A stretch of DNA of 63,320 nt, the filler included, from Trypethelium eluteriae (taxonomy: Eukaryota), in NCBI GenBank assembly GCA_051942245.1. It is 2 parts of 2 records of this genome, joined end to end, with 100 filler letters (N's around TTAATTAATTAA, not from the genome) between each part and the next. Parts side by side here need not be neighbours in the genome. Positions count along the whole stretch, not along the records: positions 1 to 31,628 come from JAVECL010000270.1; positions 31,729 to 63,320 come from JAVECL010000271.1. One strand, written 5' to 3'. Numbering within the stretch: position 1 is the stretch's first letter; every line of letters begins with the position of its first letter. The notes below the pieces were generated by a model. The model saw nothing but the letters and a program-made list of their open reading frames with translations. It searched no databases and was not told where the DNA came from. Made by a program: the position numbers and the translations under genes. Of the stretch, positions 22,939 through 36,991 are shown piece after piece.

Positions 22939-25900
22939 TCAGGGAATATCAAACAGCGGCTTCAACTTCTTGATCAAAGCCCACTCATCTGTGCTCACAT
23001 CAGGCCGATAGAACTCCTTGAGAGTATCAATCGATGCTCGGGAGATATGGCTGTAAAGTATGTCTTTCTCTTCAAGCTGACGTCCGTATAAGGGCTGATT
23101 AGAGCCCTCAATCTTAACTGCAACAGAAGGCTGGCCCTTTTTGCAGAGCGGTATTTGTTTGTGATCGCGCTCGATGGATGTCCTACAGATCAGAATGTTA
23201 GTGCACTGGATAAATCAGAATGCAGAGATGGTAGAAAAGATGACTCACACTCTTCCTAGTGAGTAAATTTCCTTCACGCCGGTAACAGTGTTGTGCTTCA
23301 CGGCCGCGATGGGTGTGAGGGTCCGGAGATTCCCTTCGATGACATCTACACCCACCACAATCGGATCTTTGTTGTTGAATATAGCCACAGGCCGCAGGAC
23401 ACAGGGGAATACAGCTAGCATCTTACTCTCCTCCTTTTTCTGCTCCGCCAGTTCCTTGGTATGCTTCGTGAAGTCATCGAACAAATGGTAGATGATATCC
23501 GCCGTGAAGATCTTCACCCCAACTTCCGCCGCATACGCCGCTGCATCCTTATCTACCTTGACATCAAATGCGAGCATGACGGCGTACTCCTTCGCCCTTT
23601 CCAGCATAGTCCCACATTGCATAATATGTCGCTTATAGATCGGCCCAATGTTGATGTCTGCGACCGGAATTTTCGATGCTTTAAGGAATTCGAGGAGTGC
23701 TTCGAGTGAACCGAGTGTTGATGCTTGCACGCTGACGCCACGGCCCGTACGCGATACCTTGGAAAGCAAGTGCTCGAGATCCCCCATGACTTCCTCCTCG
23801 AGCTCCTCTTCGTCGTCATCGGGGCCTACAACCATCAGTCGGGATCCGGCAATAGCTTCGTCGAGCCCATTGGCGGCAATCTTGACACCAAGCGCCGCTT
23901 TGACTTCTTTGTTATGCACATAGGCGGACTTCACTCGGAGCTCTTTCATCTCGGCTGGGGTCAGAAGAGCGCGAATATTGGTGGTAATAGCTCCAGCCAT
24001 TCCACAAAGTACTACCTGATCGCCTTCGCGGAGGATACCGTTCGAGAGGATGACATCGATGGTGGTGCCGTAGCCCTCGATGACTTTGACTTCGAGGACA
24101 GTGCACTCAACTTCTGACAAGTACATGAGGCTATTGGTCATACGTTCTTGTGAAAGCGTGACGAGGAGTTTGAGCATGTCGGGGATACCCTCTCCAGTAT
24201 GAGCAGAGGTCGGGACTAGGGACACATTTCGGGCCATGGATTTATTTTCGTAGAACAGCTCCGAGTTGAACCCTTGCTCGGAAAAGGCGAGTTTTGTCTT
24301 CTCCAGACGATCTCTGAACTCGTTCTGGACAGACTTATTTTGAAATGCGAGAGAATCTTGAAAGCCATTGTTGTCGATTTTCTTCCAACCATACAGACGA
24401 TCAATTTTGTTGAGAGCGACAATGAATGGAGTTTTCCGATCTCGAAGAAGCTTCATGGACTCGAGTGTCTGGGGTTCCAGACCGTGCATAATGTCGACTA
24501 CCAGAATGGCGATATTGCAAAGCGAAGACCCTCGCGAACGCAAATTACTGAAAGATTCATGCCCTGGCGTATCAATAACGAGAAGACCAGGAACTTTGAA
24601 TTCAAATTTGCCATCTTTATTGACGACCTGGGTCTTCTTCGCCAGCGCCTCTGTTGGGAAGTAGGTGGCACCAATCTGCTGTGTAATACCCCCGGCTTCG
24701 CCTTCTTGAACATTTGTTTGCCGAATTTTGTCGAGTAATTTCGTTTTCCCAGTATCCACGTGACCAAGAATGCAGCAAATTGGTGACCTTAGATTATCTT
24801 TTGATCGTGCTGCGAGCGCCTCCTCGTGCCTCTTCTTCCGCAGCTCGGCGGCCTCTGCTTTCTTTGCGGCAGCCGCTTTCTTTGCTGCAGACTGCTCTTC
24901 GTCTTCGGATTCTTCGGACTCTGATTCTTCTTCCGATTCATCTTGCGCAGGACCGGATTTACCATTAACTTTGGGTTGAATAGGCTTGCCGTTTGCCGCA
25001 AGCTTGGCAGTAGGTTTGACTGGACTTTCATCATCTTCACTCTCAGCGTCCCAACTATCTTTGATCCCATCCATATTGGTGCCCTCCTCCTTGTCAGCCT
25101 CAGCTTCCCAGTCATCCAACTCATCTTCTTCCTCAGCCTTCTTAGCCTCGGCATCTTGCTTGGCCTTTTCGGCTTCAGCTTTGGCCTTCGCGTCTTGCTC
25201 CTCAGCAAGCTTAAGCTCGTCCAATTTCCTACGAGCATCTTCTTCCTCGGCAGCTTGTTGCACTCTCTTGGCCTCGTCTTCGTCCTTCTTCGCTGACTTC
25301 GACTTTTTCTTATCGTAGACGGGCTTTTTCTTCTCTACGCCTTCCTCCAGCCCCGCAACCTTAGCACCACTTGCGATCATTTGTTCCATGCGGCGCTTCG
25401 CTTGTGCTTCTGCCTTTCGCTGGGCATCGGTCTTGTATTTGCCTTCTTTTTTCAACTGCTCGACTTTCTCTTTCTCCTTCTGCTTCTTTGCTGCCTTTGC
25501 TTCTTCCTTTCGTTGCGCCTCCTCAGCTTCCAGCCGCTGTTCTTCCTCCTGCCTTGCCTTTTCCTCAGCTATCGCTTGAGCCTCTTCCTCTTCACGTCGC
25601 CTCCTCTCTTCTTGTTGCTTCTGAAGTGCGGCTAGAGCAGGGTTGAGTTTCTTCTTCTTGCTGCCTGCAGCGCCAGCTGGCTCTGCGGCAGGTTCGGGCT
25701 CTTTCTTGTCCTCAACAATAGGCTTGTTTGGTTCAGATTTGGCAGGCGCAGGTGCTGGTGTTGATTTCTTCTTGGTGGCCTAGTTGAAACTGTTAATCGA
25801 CTACTTCGTTTTAGACAGGTTTATACTAATGCATACCTGTTCCCTCTTCCGCTGCTTTTCCTTTTCTTTTTTCTCTTTCTCCTTTTCTTTCTTCGTTTTC

Positions 25901-26367
25901 AATTTACCGCCTACCTCGTCGCCATCTTCCTCTACTTCCTCTTCATCCTCATCTTTCCTCCCCTTTTGTGATTGTGCCTGTTTCCCCCCGCCTTTGCCGC
26001 CCTTGCCTTTCTTCGCAGACCCTCCAAATGCATCTTCATCATCCATGGTAGCCTCTTCTGGTGCTTTGCTTTCCAAGTTCATCCCAGCAGCTACATCATC
26101 CTTATCGGCGCCGTCACCCCCGACCGCATCTTCCCCTTCCACGAAATCTTCCACGATTTTACCTTTCTTCGCTTTCTTTCCGCGGTTCTTCTTCAGAGCC
26201 GCAAGAAGTCCACCACCTCCGCCTGCAGTTTCTTCATCTGCAACATCTTTGGTCTCATCAGCTTCTTTTGCTTCGGCCTCGGCTTGAGCTACAGGATCGA
26301 TGGATTCTCCAAGGTCAGCTTCCCAATCATCATCCTTCTTCTTGCCACCCTTCTTCTTTGGCGCCAT
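22939..26367 (-). CDS. FUN12: Translation initiation factor eIF5B
   Basis: [10 protein letters not shown] start with charged N-terminus; [59 protein letters not shown]-terminus [15 protein letters not shown]. Two introns at about 25782-25836 and 23184-23248. Confidence 0.98.
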
Positions 26368-26981
26368 TTCGAAAGTGTAGGGACTTCAATTTGTTCACAG
26401 TAGACGACGGATCTCAGGTCGGAAGGTAAATGACGTATTGGGACTTTAGGTTCAAAATGTGCGGGTAGACAGCGGTATGCAGGCGCATAAGTGGGCGTCA
26501 GGCTTCAGTAAAAGCTACTTTGAAGAGCCTTTGGAGATTCAGCGAATGCTGTCGTCTCACCACAGGTCTTGAACAGCGATGCACTGTATCGAGCCGGCAA
26601 ATGAAGCGTGGCAAAAGCTGAGTCACTGTTTGAAGTCCGAGTTGTTCTTTTGGCTGTGGGGTTTGCTCGGTCGGTTATGATGCCCGCCGGAGCTCTACGT
26701 ACCGGCGATAAGCGCTCTATCTCCACGTGATATGGACTTTTTGGAATTGAGATTACTCCAAAGACGAGATGCATCTCAAGATGCTGAAAGTTCCGAAAAT
26801 ACAATCTAAAATACATTGAACCAGCGCCATGCTTTCAATACTATACGACGGTTCCCAAAGCCCGGCGCAATTCCTGTATCGTCGTTTTTTTGGGGGGAGG
26901 GTATATCTCAGTTCCCTTCGACGCAAACATACGTCAGGTAAGTGAAGTAGGGTACAATACTATTGAAAAAGGATGATCAAA

Positions 26982-28276
26982 TCATCTGAAGAGCAACGCT
27001 TTCAAGAATTGTGCCGCATCATCCTTTCCCTTGTCATCACCGGCTGCAGGAGGCTTGTCACCAGGAACAGGGTCAGCCTGGTTGGGATTGTCTTCTAGTG
27101 GGCTCGAGTGTCTGTATCGGGCAATCAATTTAACTTCGTATCGCCAAGATGCTAGACAACTTACGCGAAGAACAAGAAAGTAATTGCGATGGCCAGGCCA
27201 GCATGGAGTGCAACAACAACCACAAGCAAAATTTTTGAGGTTTGCTTGTCTGTAGAACTAAGCACTGGGTATCTATATGGACTTCATTAGCGAGGAAGCC
27301 ATCAGCATGTGTCATCTTGATCTTACAAGTTGCGAAGGAGGAAAACTGCAGAAACTGCAAACCCTACGCCAACGAAAATGTAATTCAAGACTACCGAGTG
27401 TTAGCAATGTGACAAATGGAAGGACAACGCAGCGATGAGGACTCACGCTGAATGGGCGACCATGAAATGATGGCAACAGGTATCCAGATAACATTGGCAT
27501 AACCGTATAATGCCCAACACTCAAGGAGATTAGCAGACTCGCTACCAAACCATTTCAAAGCGCCCCAGAGTGCTATTGGTATGACCGCTGCAGGCCACTA
27601 TCAGCAAATTAATAAAATCAGAGAAGAATCCTTCGACCTACCAGTATACCCATACATCAATCCAGCACCGCCTAAATAACAGTTTTAGCATGATCCCTCC
27701 AGCACGAAAGATCTCGAGCCTTTCACATACCACTCAGTAACTTGAAATTGTAGACGAAGTGTTTGTGTCCTTGCTCCCCCAAGTATTGATTGATCGTTCC
27801 CGTCAAGAACAGTATAACCACCACCGAAGTCGCTATCCAAAACGGCCCGTAAAGATCAGGGTTTCCTTCCAGCACATCGAGAAAGTTTGCGCGAGGAAAT
27901 ACAGCAGCGTAACATCGCTTCAGAACTTCATTGGTGTCGACGTCGAAGAATTGTGCGTAGAAGGAAACGCTCCAGAGGAAAGACTTGGCCGATTGAGCAT
28001 TACGTCGAGGCCCTCCGGGCAGAAAACTGCCGTTCTCTGGATTGATTTTGTTCTTGCGAGATTGACCATCCTCGAAGTCTGAGCACTATCAGCTGGATCC
28101 ACGCCAAGTCGGCGGTAATGTATACTTGACGAGTGAAACTCAAGGTCTTCTTGGAGATCTGTATGGCCAAGGTCGCCCTAATCAATGAATTAGCAGGCAG
28201 CCGGAGGACCGAGAGAAAGCCATACTTCAGCGTCGACGTCTACGACGACATCGTAGTTGTTATTGTTGTGCGACAT
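26982..28276 (-). CDS. Yip1-domain Golgi/ER membrane protein (Yip5/YIPF1-like), multi-exon
   Basis: Spliced reading MSHNNNNYDVVVDVDAE|GDLGHTDLQEDLEFH...SFYAQFFDVDTNEV...NPDLYGPFWIAT...ECWALYGYANVIWIP...LHAGLAIAI; PDLYGP is the Yip1 motif. Missed by the ORF track because the exons are short. Confidence 0.9.
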
Positions 28277-29368
28277 GATGGCGACCTGAATTGAAACTCA
28301 TTCGATTGCCTGGTCGTAGAGTGCTCTACTGACTGAATACGTGTGCTCTAGCAATTGCTAAAGGTGGTGTTAGCGGCTGCCGTAGGCCGGCTTTGCTGAG
28401 TCAGCTAAAGCGAGCGAGAAAGCTTGGAGCAATGCAGGGGTCCGAAGTTTCCACCTCCATACACTTTGGAACCTCCCAACCGAGCTTGCAGAAACACTGG
28501 CGCCTCACAGGTACAAGGGCACGTGTCTCGAGCAGAAAAGAGACTAAACTCAAATAAGAGCATCTCATGACTGGAGTCATCGCTGTCGATCTCAGATGAA
28601 TGCATACGCGACCAATGATTGAAACTCCTCTAGAGATCGCTGCTAATCATCTCGATCGCGCAATATGTGGATACAAATGCTCGCTTGCATAGGCGTGGCA
28701 ATGAAATGAACCTCGTCTTTCTGATGAATCTCTTGATTTTGCAAGAAGCCTTGCAACAGCTGCTGTGGGATGGATTGCGGTCTTCTAGGTTGCAGCATCT
28801 CGTTACACCGTCTTGATTATTGAGAAACCATAGGTCTGAAGCGGTATCATCACACCGGGAATCAGTTTCACAGACGCTATACTAGCAGTCCCAATGAGCT
28901 TGATTAAGCTCCGCGCTCCAAACGATCATGATCCGACCAAGCCAGGCAAACCATGTCGAAAATTCCGGCTACGAACGTTTACCATGAAATCATGATACCC
29001 CATCTTCCTGCATCCTGTCCTCAAGATTAGCCCTTTCCCCAGCATCGCCAGAACCCGAGCAGTCCCGTCACTGCACATGACATCTCTCATAGCCGTTGAT
29101 TCCCCAGTATGAACATGGTATCCGGAACGCATCGCTAATAAGTCACCTTGCATGTCAATAGTATCCCCGTGTTCAGCATCCGTACCGCGACCGAATACGT
29201 TGCCTGCAGCCGTCCCGACTGCTTCCAAAGTCCTTCCCCAGCAGGAACACGAGGCTGGTTAGGCTACTATCCAAAGTCGGAGAATGGCACACTCATGGAG
29301 TATCATTCTGGCATGGGTCTCGTTCCATCGGTGCAGATGCCGTGTGTAATGCTAAGCGACTGTGGACC

Positions 29369-30784
29369 CTACTCCCTTAATGCAGCCACTCTCAGTGCCT
29401 TATCACACTCGGCTAGAACATCAAAGCTATTGTCCATCAGCTTTGAATCCCAATTCATGCTTGTCTGACTATACACCTACCCAAAAGCATGCTCCGTGCG
29501 ATCTGAAAAAGTATTTGGTACTTCTAACGGGGTTTCAGCGGGGTCTCAGGCGTCAGAGGTGCGTGGCTATGCTCACTTGTGGCTCCTGGCTCCGCGAACT
29601 CCCAGAGCCTGGATTCGACGTCTTTCTCTCTTCCTACTACAGTCGAAGAAAGCAGTTGTACAGTGGAACCTCTCCGTCTGCGAACTTCTTCATAGAGTCG
29701 AAGCCTAGGCGGAATCTCCTCACGACTGTCAACACCAGTAAGCAAGCGACCCAATGCTCCTGCATCTTCCATGGCTTGATTCGATCCCTGGCCCCCAAAA
29801 GGTAGCATGGGATGCGCAGAATCACCAATCAAGACGATACGCTTGTATGTCCACCTTGAGAAAGGATCATAGTATTGCAGATTCCAACACAGGACATCTT
29901 CTGCCAGATTAAGAAATCTGAGTACATGTGGATGGAGATTTTTGAACTCATCTAGCAAAGATCCTTTCATATCAGTCTGCGTTTGAGAGTCTGCCCGACT
30001 TGGGTGATTGCCTGTCACATTTTGAACCTCGCCATCGCGACAGGGATACCAGGTTATATGACGCACATGCTCTTTGTCGCTCTTATCGTCAAGAATTGTT
30101 ATGCCTTTCGACTTCCACTTGACGAGGTCGTGAAGGGCGGGATCTGCTTCCAGCTTTTTTGTTGGGGTGAGAAAGCGAAAGGTGCTCACATTCGTCCTCG
30201 ACGGCTTGTCCGCCTCGGGCCCAATTACAGCAAGACGGGTCACTGAGCGCACGCCGTCAGCTCCAATGATAAGGTCAGCACTATATTTCGTGCCATTGGC
30301 CAATGTTAATGAGCATTCCTCGGCATCAACTCTTTCTATTGGAGAGGCCAGATTTAAAGTTACTGGGTTATCTTTGCCTTCTCGAGCCAGTCTCAAGAGT
30401 TCGTTGTGAAAGTCGATTCTGTGGATTGACCGGAATGGAAACCCATACTTCTCTTCGGAGGATGAGAAATCAAGCAATTCTGACTTTTCTAACGTGATAC
30501 CGTCCGCGAAAAGCCACTCTGGCAGTAGACAAGCTCGAGCCCGCTCGTAAGAAAAGCCTAAGGAGGAGAGGACCCTAGATCCATTCGGAGCGAGTGCGAT
30601 GGCGGCACCAATCTCGGTCGCAAAACTAGACTTTTCGAAAATCTGGCCCTCGGGTTAACTAAACACTCTTTGCTCCGAATTACACGTGTCGATGAACCTT
30701 GACTCTGTGCCCTGCCTGACGAAGGGCAACAGCTGCACAGAGGCCGCCAATACCTGCACCGACAACAATGATGTCTAATGGCAT
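29369..30784 (-). CDS. FAD-dependent monooxygenase (salicylate hydroxylase-like)
   Basis: MPLDIIVVGAGIGGL, EIGAAIALAPNG, IIGADGVRS, LIGDSAHPMLPFGGQGSNQAMED; three introns; ends FDVLAECDKALRVAALRE*. Confidence 0.93.
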
Positions 30785-31628
30785 GGCTTCCTTAATTATG
30801 GTAAATAGGGGTCGGTTCCCAGGATTGCCGCCCTTTGTAATCAACTGCCAATTTGGGTCGTTTTGAAGAAATGCTAAACGAAGGCTATCCTGACGAAGTA
30901 GGTAATTTCAGCGATTTCAATCAAAAACTGGGCAGGTAAGCCATCCACGTCGTCCAATGGGTGATAAGTCATCGTGATTACCTCGGAAAGCGGACTAACG
31001 GACGGAATAGAGTACCTTGGGGTCCGATGTTAGGGTTCTTGCACCTTACGCGCCTGTCAAGACCACGCTGAGACGCGTGGAAAAGGCAAGTGCAAAAGCT
31101 TGGTATGCGCACTGCAGAATTTCGACTTCAATTCGGGAAGCGAGAGGATATGTAGCGTTATTTGCAGCCCATTCCAATCAGTACAGGCAAGTATCAACCA
31201 CTCCGGTCTATGAATCATCACCGCTCTCGAATTATCTCTCATTCATTTCCTGCCTTACGTCAAGTGAAGTAAGCCAAAGAGCCTACATCTCTCCTGAGGT
31301 ATTTTGAACTCTCACGCAGCAATCAAGAATTGTCAGCAAGCCATCATTTATCCCAGCCCAGTATGTTGACACCGCGACTCTCCGCGGCCTTCCAAAGAAT
31401 CTTCAGCGACGTAACAGACATGATGAAGGTTGCTCGCTTGTAAGCACTACTACAATCCTCGGATTCCACCGTTGCCGAATGGTGAGGAGCCGCAGTACTG
31501 TGGCAGTTCTCCGAAGGCGGAAGCTTCCTCGCTCTGAAGATCCGAGCCGTCAATATTGTCGATGCGATGCGGCTTGCCACTCGATGAGCGTTAGGTGCAC
31601 CGGGTGGTTAATTGGCCTGGAATTAGAC

Positions 31629-31728
31629 NNNNNNNNNNNNNNNNNNNNNNNNNNNNNNNNNNNNNNNNNNNNTTAATTAATTAANNNNNNNNNNNNNNNN
31701 NNNNNNNNNNNNNNNNNNNNNNNNNNNN
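31629..31728. other. Artificial contig-joining linker (N44 + TTAATTAATTAA + N44)
   Basis: Exactly 100 nt, with a central 12-mer giving stop codons in all six frames; a standard pseudomolecule spacer. Confidence 0.97.
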
Positions 31729-32317
31729 AGGGGGTGGGAGGAGGATGGCGTGGATGGCTTGTATATTGAGCGTGTCGGAAGCTTGGGGGTTCACGCAAAG
31801 TTTTTTTAGTCTATTATGGTGTCAAGACGCGATGTGGAATGCAACTCCTCGTATTCAGGCAAAGAACAATCAGTTAAACTGCAGACGAGTTGGTCGTGTG
31901 AATACATGCATTCATTCTGCCGTGGTGATAGGTGATCTGCTTTGTCCTCCCATATGAAATTGCGCTGGACTTATGTACTAACGCACCTGGGTTGGGCACG
32001 TTTTCCTGCCATTAATATATGCAGTAATGTATCCATGTTAAGCATAAAAAAAGTCGCGAAAGCATTGGTAGAGTGTAAACAACTCTCCCGGTGCGATCGT
32101 GAACTCTGCTGCTGACACCGAAAAACACAATGCCCGATACCGAAAACCAGACCATCAATTGCAACCCCGAGACTCCAATTCCCGAGCCCGAAATCAATAC
32201 ATATACTAATGCCTCGTTTGCCAGGTGCTGTGCATATCCCCAATATCGTCTGTATCTACCATGTCCTTCGTTGTGTAAGTGATTCAGAAGCTTCAGTAGA
32301 AGCGTGGCAACCACGAT

Positions 32318-33894
32318 TTACTCCTCGAGACATTCATACGGGCGCAAGCGAGCCTGGCGCCTCTCCTCCCTTCTCAGTTCCTCCTGCACCTTCAAGATGT
32401 CCTCATCATAGTAGCTGGAGGTCTTAGTTCTCGCATGGTGGTGCTTGCCGCGCTCGATCATGACGTCCGGAGAGAGCGGCGAAAATGGTGGAGTCTTGGT
32501 GTCCGAGCTGACGCGTGGGGGTGAAGAGCAGGTTGAATCGCTGCGGTGGGCCCTGCGGGGTGGGGTGGCGTACACAGAAGGAAGGTTTGCTGAGGAGCGT
32601 TCAGATGGTGCGTCCTCTTCGACCGCAGTTTCGTTGGAATCGATCGTGCTAGCAGAGCTGTATGCGGAATGCTGCGTGTTGTTGCGTTCCTTTGCGTGCT
32701 GTGAGCCAAGTAGATGATCGCCCGCGCCTGGGTTGACCTTGTTGAGCCAAGTAAGGACACTCTCTTCAGAGGCTTTGGTAGCGATAGGCTCAGACTCTTG
32801 GGGAGCGCAGGAAGAAGAGCCAGAGTGGGACTCGGAGTCGTTCCCCCCTGACTGGGAGAGAGTGGGCTGTAGGACTTGCTTGCTCTGCTTTTTTTTATAG
32901 CCAGGGTAGAAAATCTCATCGTCGGTCCAGGATCCAACACTACTGGGCGAGTAAGGGGCAGTCTCTTTTGCAGCTGCAGCTGGAGGTGAGAGTGTCAGCA
33001 CATGTTCGATTGGGATGTCATAAGGTGGAGTGTCCGGTCTGGCTGGACCTAGCAAATCTCCAAAGTGGCTAAGGAGATCGCTGAAAGGTTGTAGAGCCGG
33101 TAGTTGAGGACTGTCATCTCCGGGGTTGCCTTTGGTCATGGTCTCGTCGATCTGTGCTGTATGCTGGCCAGGTTTGCAAGTGAAAATAAACGGCAATGTC
33201 GGCCCACGCATCATGGTTATTTCTGGGTGACCGGTGACAAGTTGCGAGGTTCTGGAGTTTTCTTGGGAGAAATCAAGCTTGACGCGTGGGTTATTGAGAG
33301 TGAAGAAAGGAGGTGGTTGGTGAATTGTTCGTTCATACTCGCCAGTCCTATTCTTCAATGCATCACCGTGGAGAAATTTGGGTGGCTGGTATCGACCCCT
33401 AAGCGGTTGTCGACTTGTTGATGTTAATAGCTTTGGAGATGGAGAGCACTGGAATCTCAACCCCTTCCTCAAAGTGTTGACTATATTTAGATGAGCGTCC
33501 TCAAAGATTTTAGATATCTTGACGGAGTGACCTGGTCGTGATGGACTTGCAATGAGTGCAGCTAGAGGTTCTCGCCTCCTTCCAATGTTCGGAGGGGTCG
33601 TCACTTTTGGTGATGTCGTCACTTTCCACTGGCTTGTGTGAGCTGTGCAGACTAGGGGTGTTGGAAAGTCTTGGTCTACCGGAGGGGGAAGTGATGGATA
33701 ACAGACGCGGCCATTTTCTTTCTCTTCTTCGGTTAAACCGATGGAATGGGCATTTAAGAGAGATCCATCGTCTCGCATGCTTTCCTCAGGCAGAGCGCAC
33801 TTAGGATTAAAGAACCGACTCTGCTTCTGACACTGCAGTTAGCAGATATTTGCGATGGTGCTCTTGATAAACTTACCGATTGAGGTCGAGACAT
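32318..33894 (-). CDS. Hypothetical Ser/Pro-rich disordered protein
   Basis: Short exon 1 (MSRPQS, 33877-33894) and a GTAAGT..CTAACTGCAG intron splice in frame into the 486-aa ORF. No recognisable domain. Confidence 0.65.
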
Positions 33895-36800
33895 GGATCG
33901 CAAGACTGCCGCTAAGTGGAAATCATCAATAGCAGTTACAGAATGGAAAAATTAACACATTGGCCGTTAAGCTGCAACTCGCAAGACGGTAAGCCGTTTC
34001 TTAATGAGAGCGTATTCAACTGGACAGACGGGTTGTTTTGATGACAACCATGACGCGCAAGACATGATACACGGTAGTCTGGCAACTACAACAAAGTAAC
34101 CATGTATGGTACGTGGTAGTCCGCTAATATTCTTCTTAGAAGTCGCCATCGAGACAATGACGAACCGATGGTACGACTGAAGCGACGATAGTAGGCTCGC
34201 ATTCAAGATGGTAAACGCAGGCGCAGTCCACTCATCTCATGCACCATAGCCATGGAGTCGGCAATCTTCTCAATTTTCCACAATGAAAGACGACCTTTTC
34301 CTCCAGAAAAAATCAAAGTGACCTTTTTTTATTCTCTTTTAAGAAATTCGATTGACACTTAGCTGGACGCATCTTTTATTGTTGGGGTGCTTCTTCATCG
34401 GCTGGAACCTCTCGGATGAGATCCGTGGGATGGCTCGCAAAGGCAGTAGCGACTCCCAGCCGTGGGTCTCCTTTGCTCAGAACCATTTCATTACACCGGT
34501 CGCTCCCCCAGAAAATGCGGTGAATGACCAGGACCGCGATTATTGAATTTCATATTTTGCTTTACAATGCTTCCTTGCCATTAATCCCGGAGGACCTTGG
34601 AGTCGTGGCACCTGCACAAGAAATTGCTGTGGACCCTCGGATCCAACCTTAAAGGCGATTGACGTCTGGATATATCCGTCTGGAATCTGCGGAGGTCATA
34701 CACCATTGGATGGCGCCATGATAAAGCTGATTGACCAAGACATCAGTACTATTGAGTACGTGGAGTACTCCGTACTGCGAACGGAGAATGGGGCCCTGAG
34801 GTTGGGGTCGGCCCAGGATTCGCGTCAGGAACACGCCACGCCATTTCCCCAGATACAACTTAAATCCTGTCATCCCTTCAATTTGGACTCTTTCTAATAT
34901 TCCATATTATCCTACCAACCCGGTCAAGCCAGAAGCGAGGTTCGCATGAGGTTTCCGGTCGGCTCACTTGGTTGTCGGCGTCGAGGCGCAGGCGGTCCAA
35001 TCGATTGGATTTGGCCTGTAGCTACCCACGCTACCAGGCTACCTTACCTCAGGTAGGCAGTTACTGGGAGCCTCGACCTCGAACTCTTTTGAGATGGCTG
35101 CATTCCGACAAGCCACAAGGACTGCTGCAATACGCTTTCCTGACCCGTCTGCTGTGGGATCATAATCGCTGCTGTGTCCTCTATGGTCGCGGCAGGAGCA
35201 AGTGCGTCCGGGAAAGAAGGAAAGGAAGAGTATCATCTCGTGGAGAATCAATGTCAAACAACCGGCCACTGAGATAATTTCCCGTGCTCAATCAATCCTC
35301 CTTCCGTCTTGCCGACACACAGGAATTGCCAATCAGGCCGAGTCCCGTTTCGGATACAAGCGTCTTTCTACCCTGCTTCTGGAGGCTGCAGGCTGCGCGG
35401 TGATGCAGTCGCTGCAGTCGGTGCAGTGGCTCGCCCTTCTAGACGGCTTGTCTCTGGAACTTCCACACGTGAGCTAGAGCACGATGCCGCGGTGTCCCGG
35501 CCATCGCCAATGAAGGCTTCGACCCCTGGCGGGCCGTGTCGCACCATTTCTGCCGCTGTCGGGCTTCTCATTCGCCTGGCACGGCATTTGTATGCAAATC
35601 CCAGCATGATTAGCCAAGAGTCCAATTAGCAATGGACATGGTGTTTGGAATTACGTGAGGGTGCGTAGCGAGAGACCCCGGCAACAACTGCTGTGTCCTG
35701 CGATGATTGTCCACGGCTGCAGCTTCGCCCCTCTTGACGGTGACGCTGTCCCTCAGCAGTTTAGCGGACGTTGGGGCAATGAGCGGGCTGGGAGGGATGG
35801 GGATGGCTCCATCTGTACCCTGAGCCAATTTTGACTCTGCAGAGCTGACCCGCCCGCTGTTGGTCTGTCTTTGGTCTCTTGGCCACCAAAGCCTGGCGTG
35901 CCTGGGCCGAGGGACCAGGACCTCCGTACTCTGGCGTGTCTCTGGCTCGGTTTGTCATTCTTATGCGACTTGCTAAATCCTCTCCCTCAAGCCAGTCTGT
36001 ACCCCGAATTGTGCGCGACTCCGGCATGCTTGCCTTCTGATTCCTTTCTGTTCGAACCCTTTGATTCTTCACGACAAATTCGATCTCGTCTATAGACTTT
36101 CCTCGATCAAGCGAGCGTGTCACGATTGGTGTTGAGACTGTTGCTGTTTCAACCTCAAAGGCCGCAAAAAACTTCTGAGACTCCACGGACCGGATTCCAA
36201 TCTTCCATAATCACAGGCCGAGTAAGTACCATGATGACTGATTGCTACACTTTCCGACAACCAACGAGGCGATTTCCCCTGTAACGAGCTCCGTCGCAAT
36301 TTGCTGGTCTACGGAAACTCGAGAGTGGAGCTCCAGAGTGTTCCATCCTCCGTCCAGACGACCCCATCCACAGAGTGCTCCCATCCCCCCATTCACCCAA
36401 GCAATTGTCGGAAGTGTCTCACGCGGCCGATGCTCGCTCAACCCTATTGTCGAATTTCTCAGATCATTCACCATTTGCACTTACTTTGCTAATATGTTAG
36501 CTAACATAATTTTCTTGTTTCATCAATTAGATCGCGCGAGTTCCGTTGACAGCTGCGTCATTGCTCTGAAACCGACGTACACGATTTTCGTTGGCCACTA
36601 CTTCATCCGGAACTTCCACTTTGCGATGCGCATCTGTTCGCTACTCGGTACCGCGTAAGTGTGGCCTCAGGCGGCAGTACCGCTATCGATCCACGGTTGG
36701 CCAACGGTGTTCATATCTTCTTGGCATTTTTGATTCGCCTCCATTTTCTTAACCCATACACTCGTTTGCGCGTCCGCGCTTTGAAGCTGGAGCTAGACTC

Positions 36801-36991
36801 TGCAGACAACCGTACGCACTCGGAGGGCAATCGGAGACATCGGCTGGCCGCATCATTGCGAAATTGTAAAAGCATCTGTTTCGGTTGAGTGGTATACAGG
36901 CGATTGCTTCTTTGTGTGATACACTTCAAGACTCGCGACCTTCCACGAAAGGCAACTCCCCGCATCATTTTTCTGAGATTGCGGATCATAA

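Noticed and set aside
23288..26429. Many plus-strand Ser/Phe/Leu-rich ORFs
   Set aside because: Antisense shadows of the charged eIF5B coding sequence.
31673..31684. TTAATTAATTAA palindrome as a piggyBac site or regulatory repeat
   Set aside because: It is centred in an N-gap and is an assembly spacer.
33967..36900. Numerous 60-140 aa ORFs between the two divergent genes
   Set aside because: No domains or coding-like composition; better explained as promoter and long 5' UTR.
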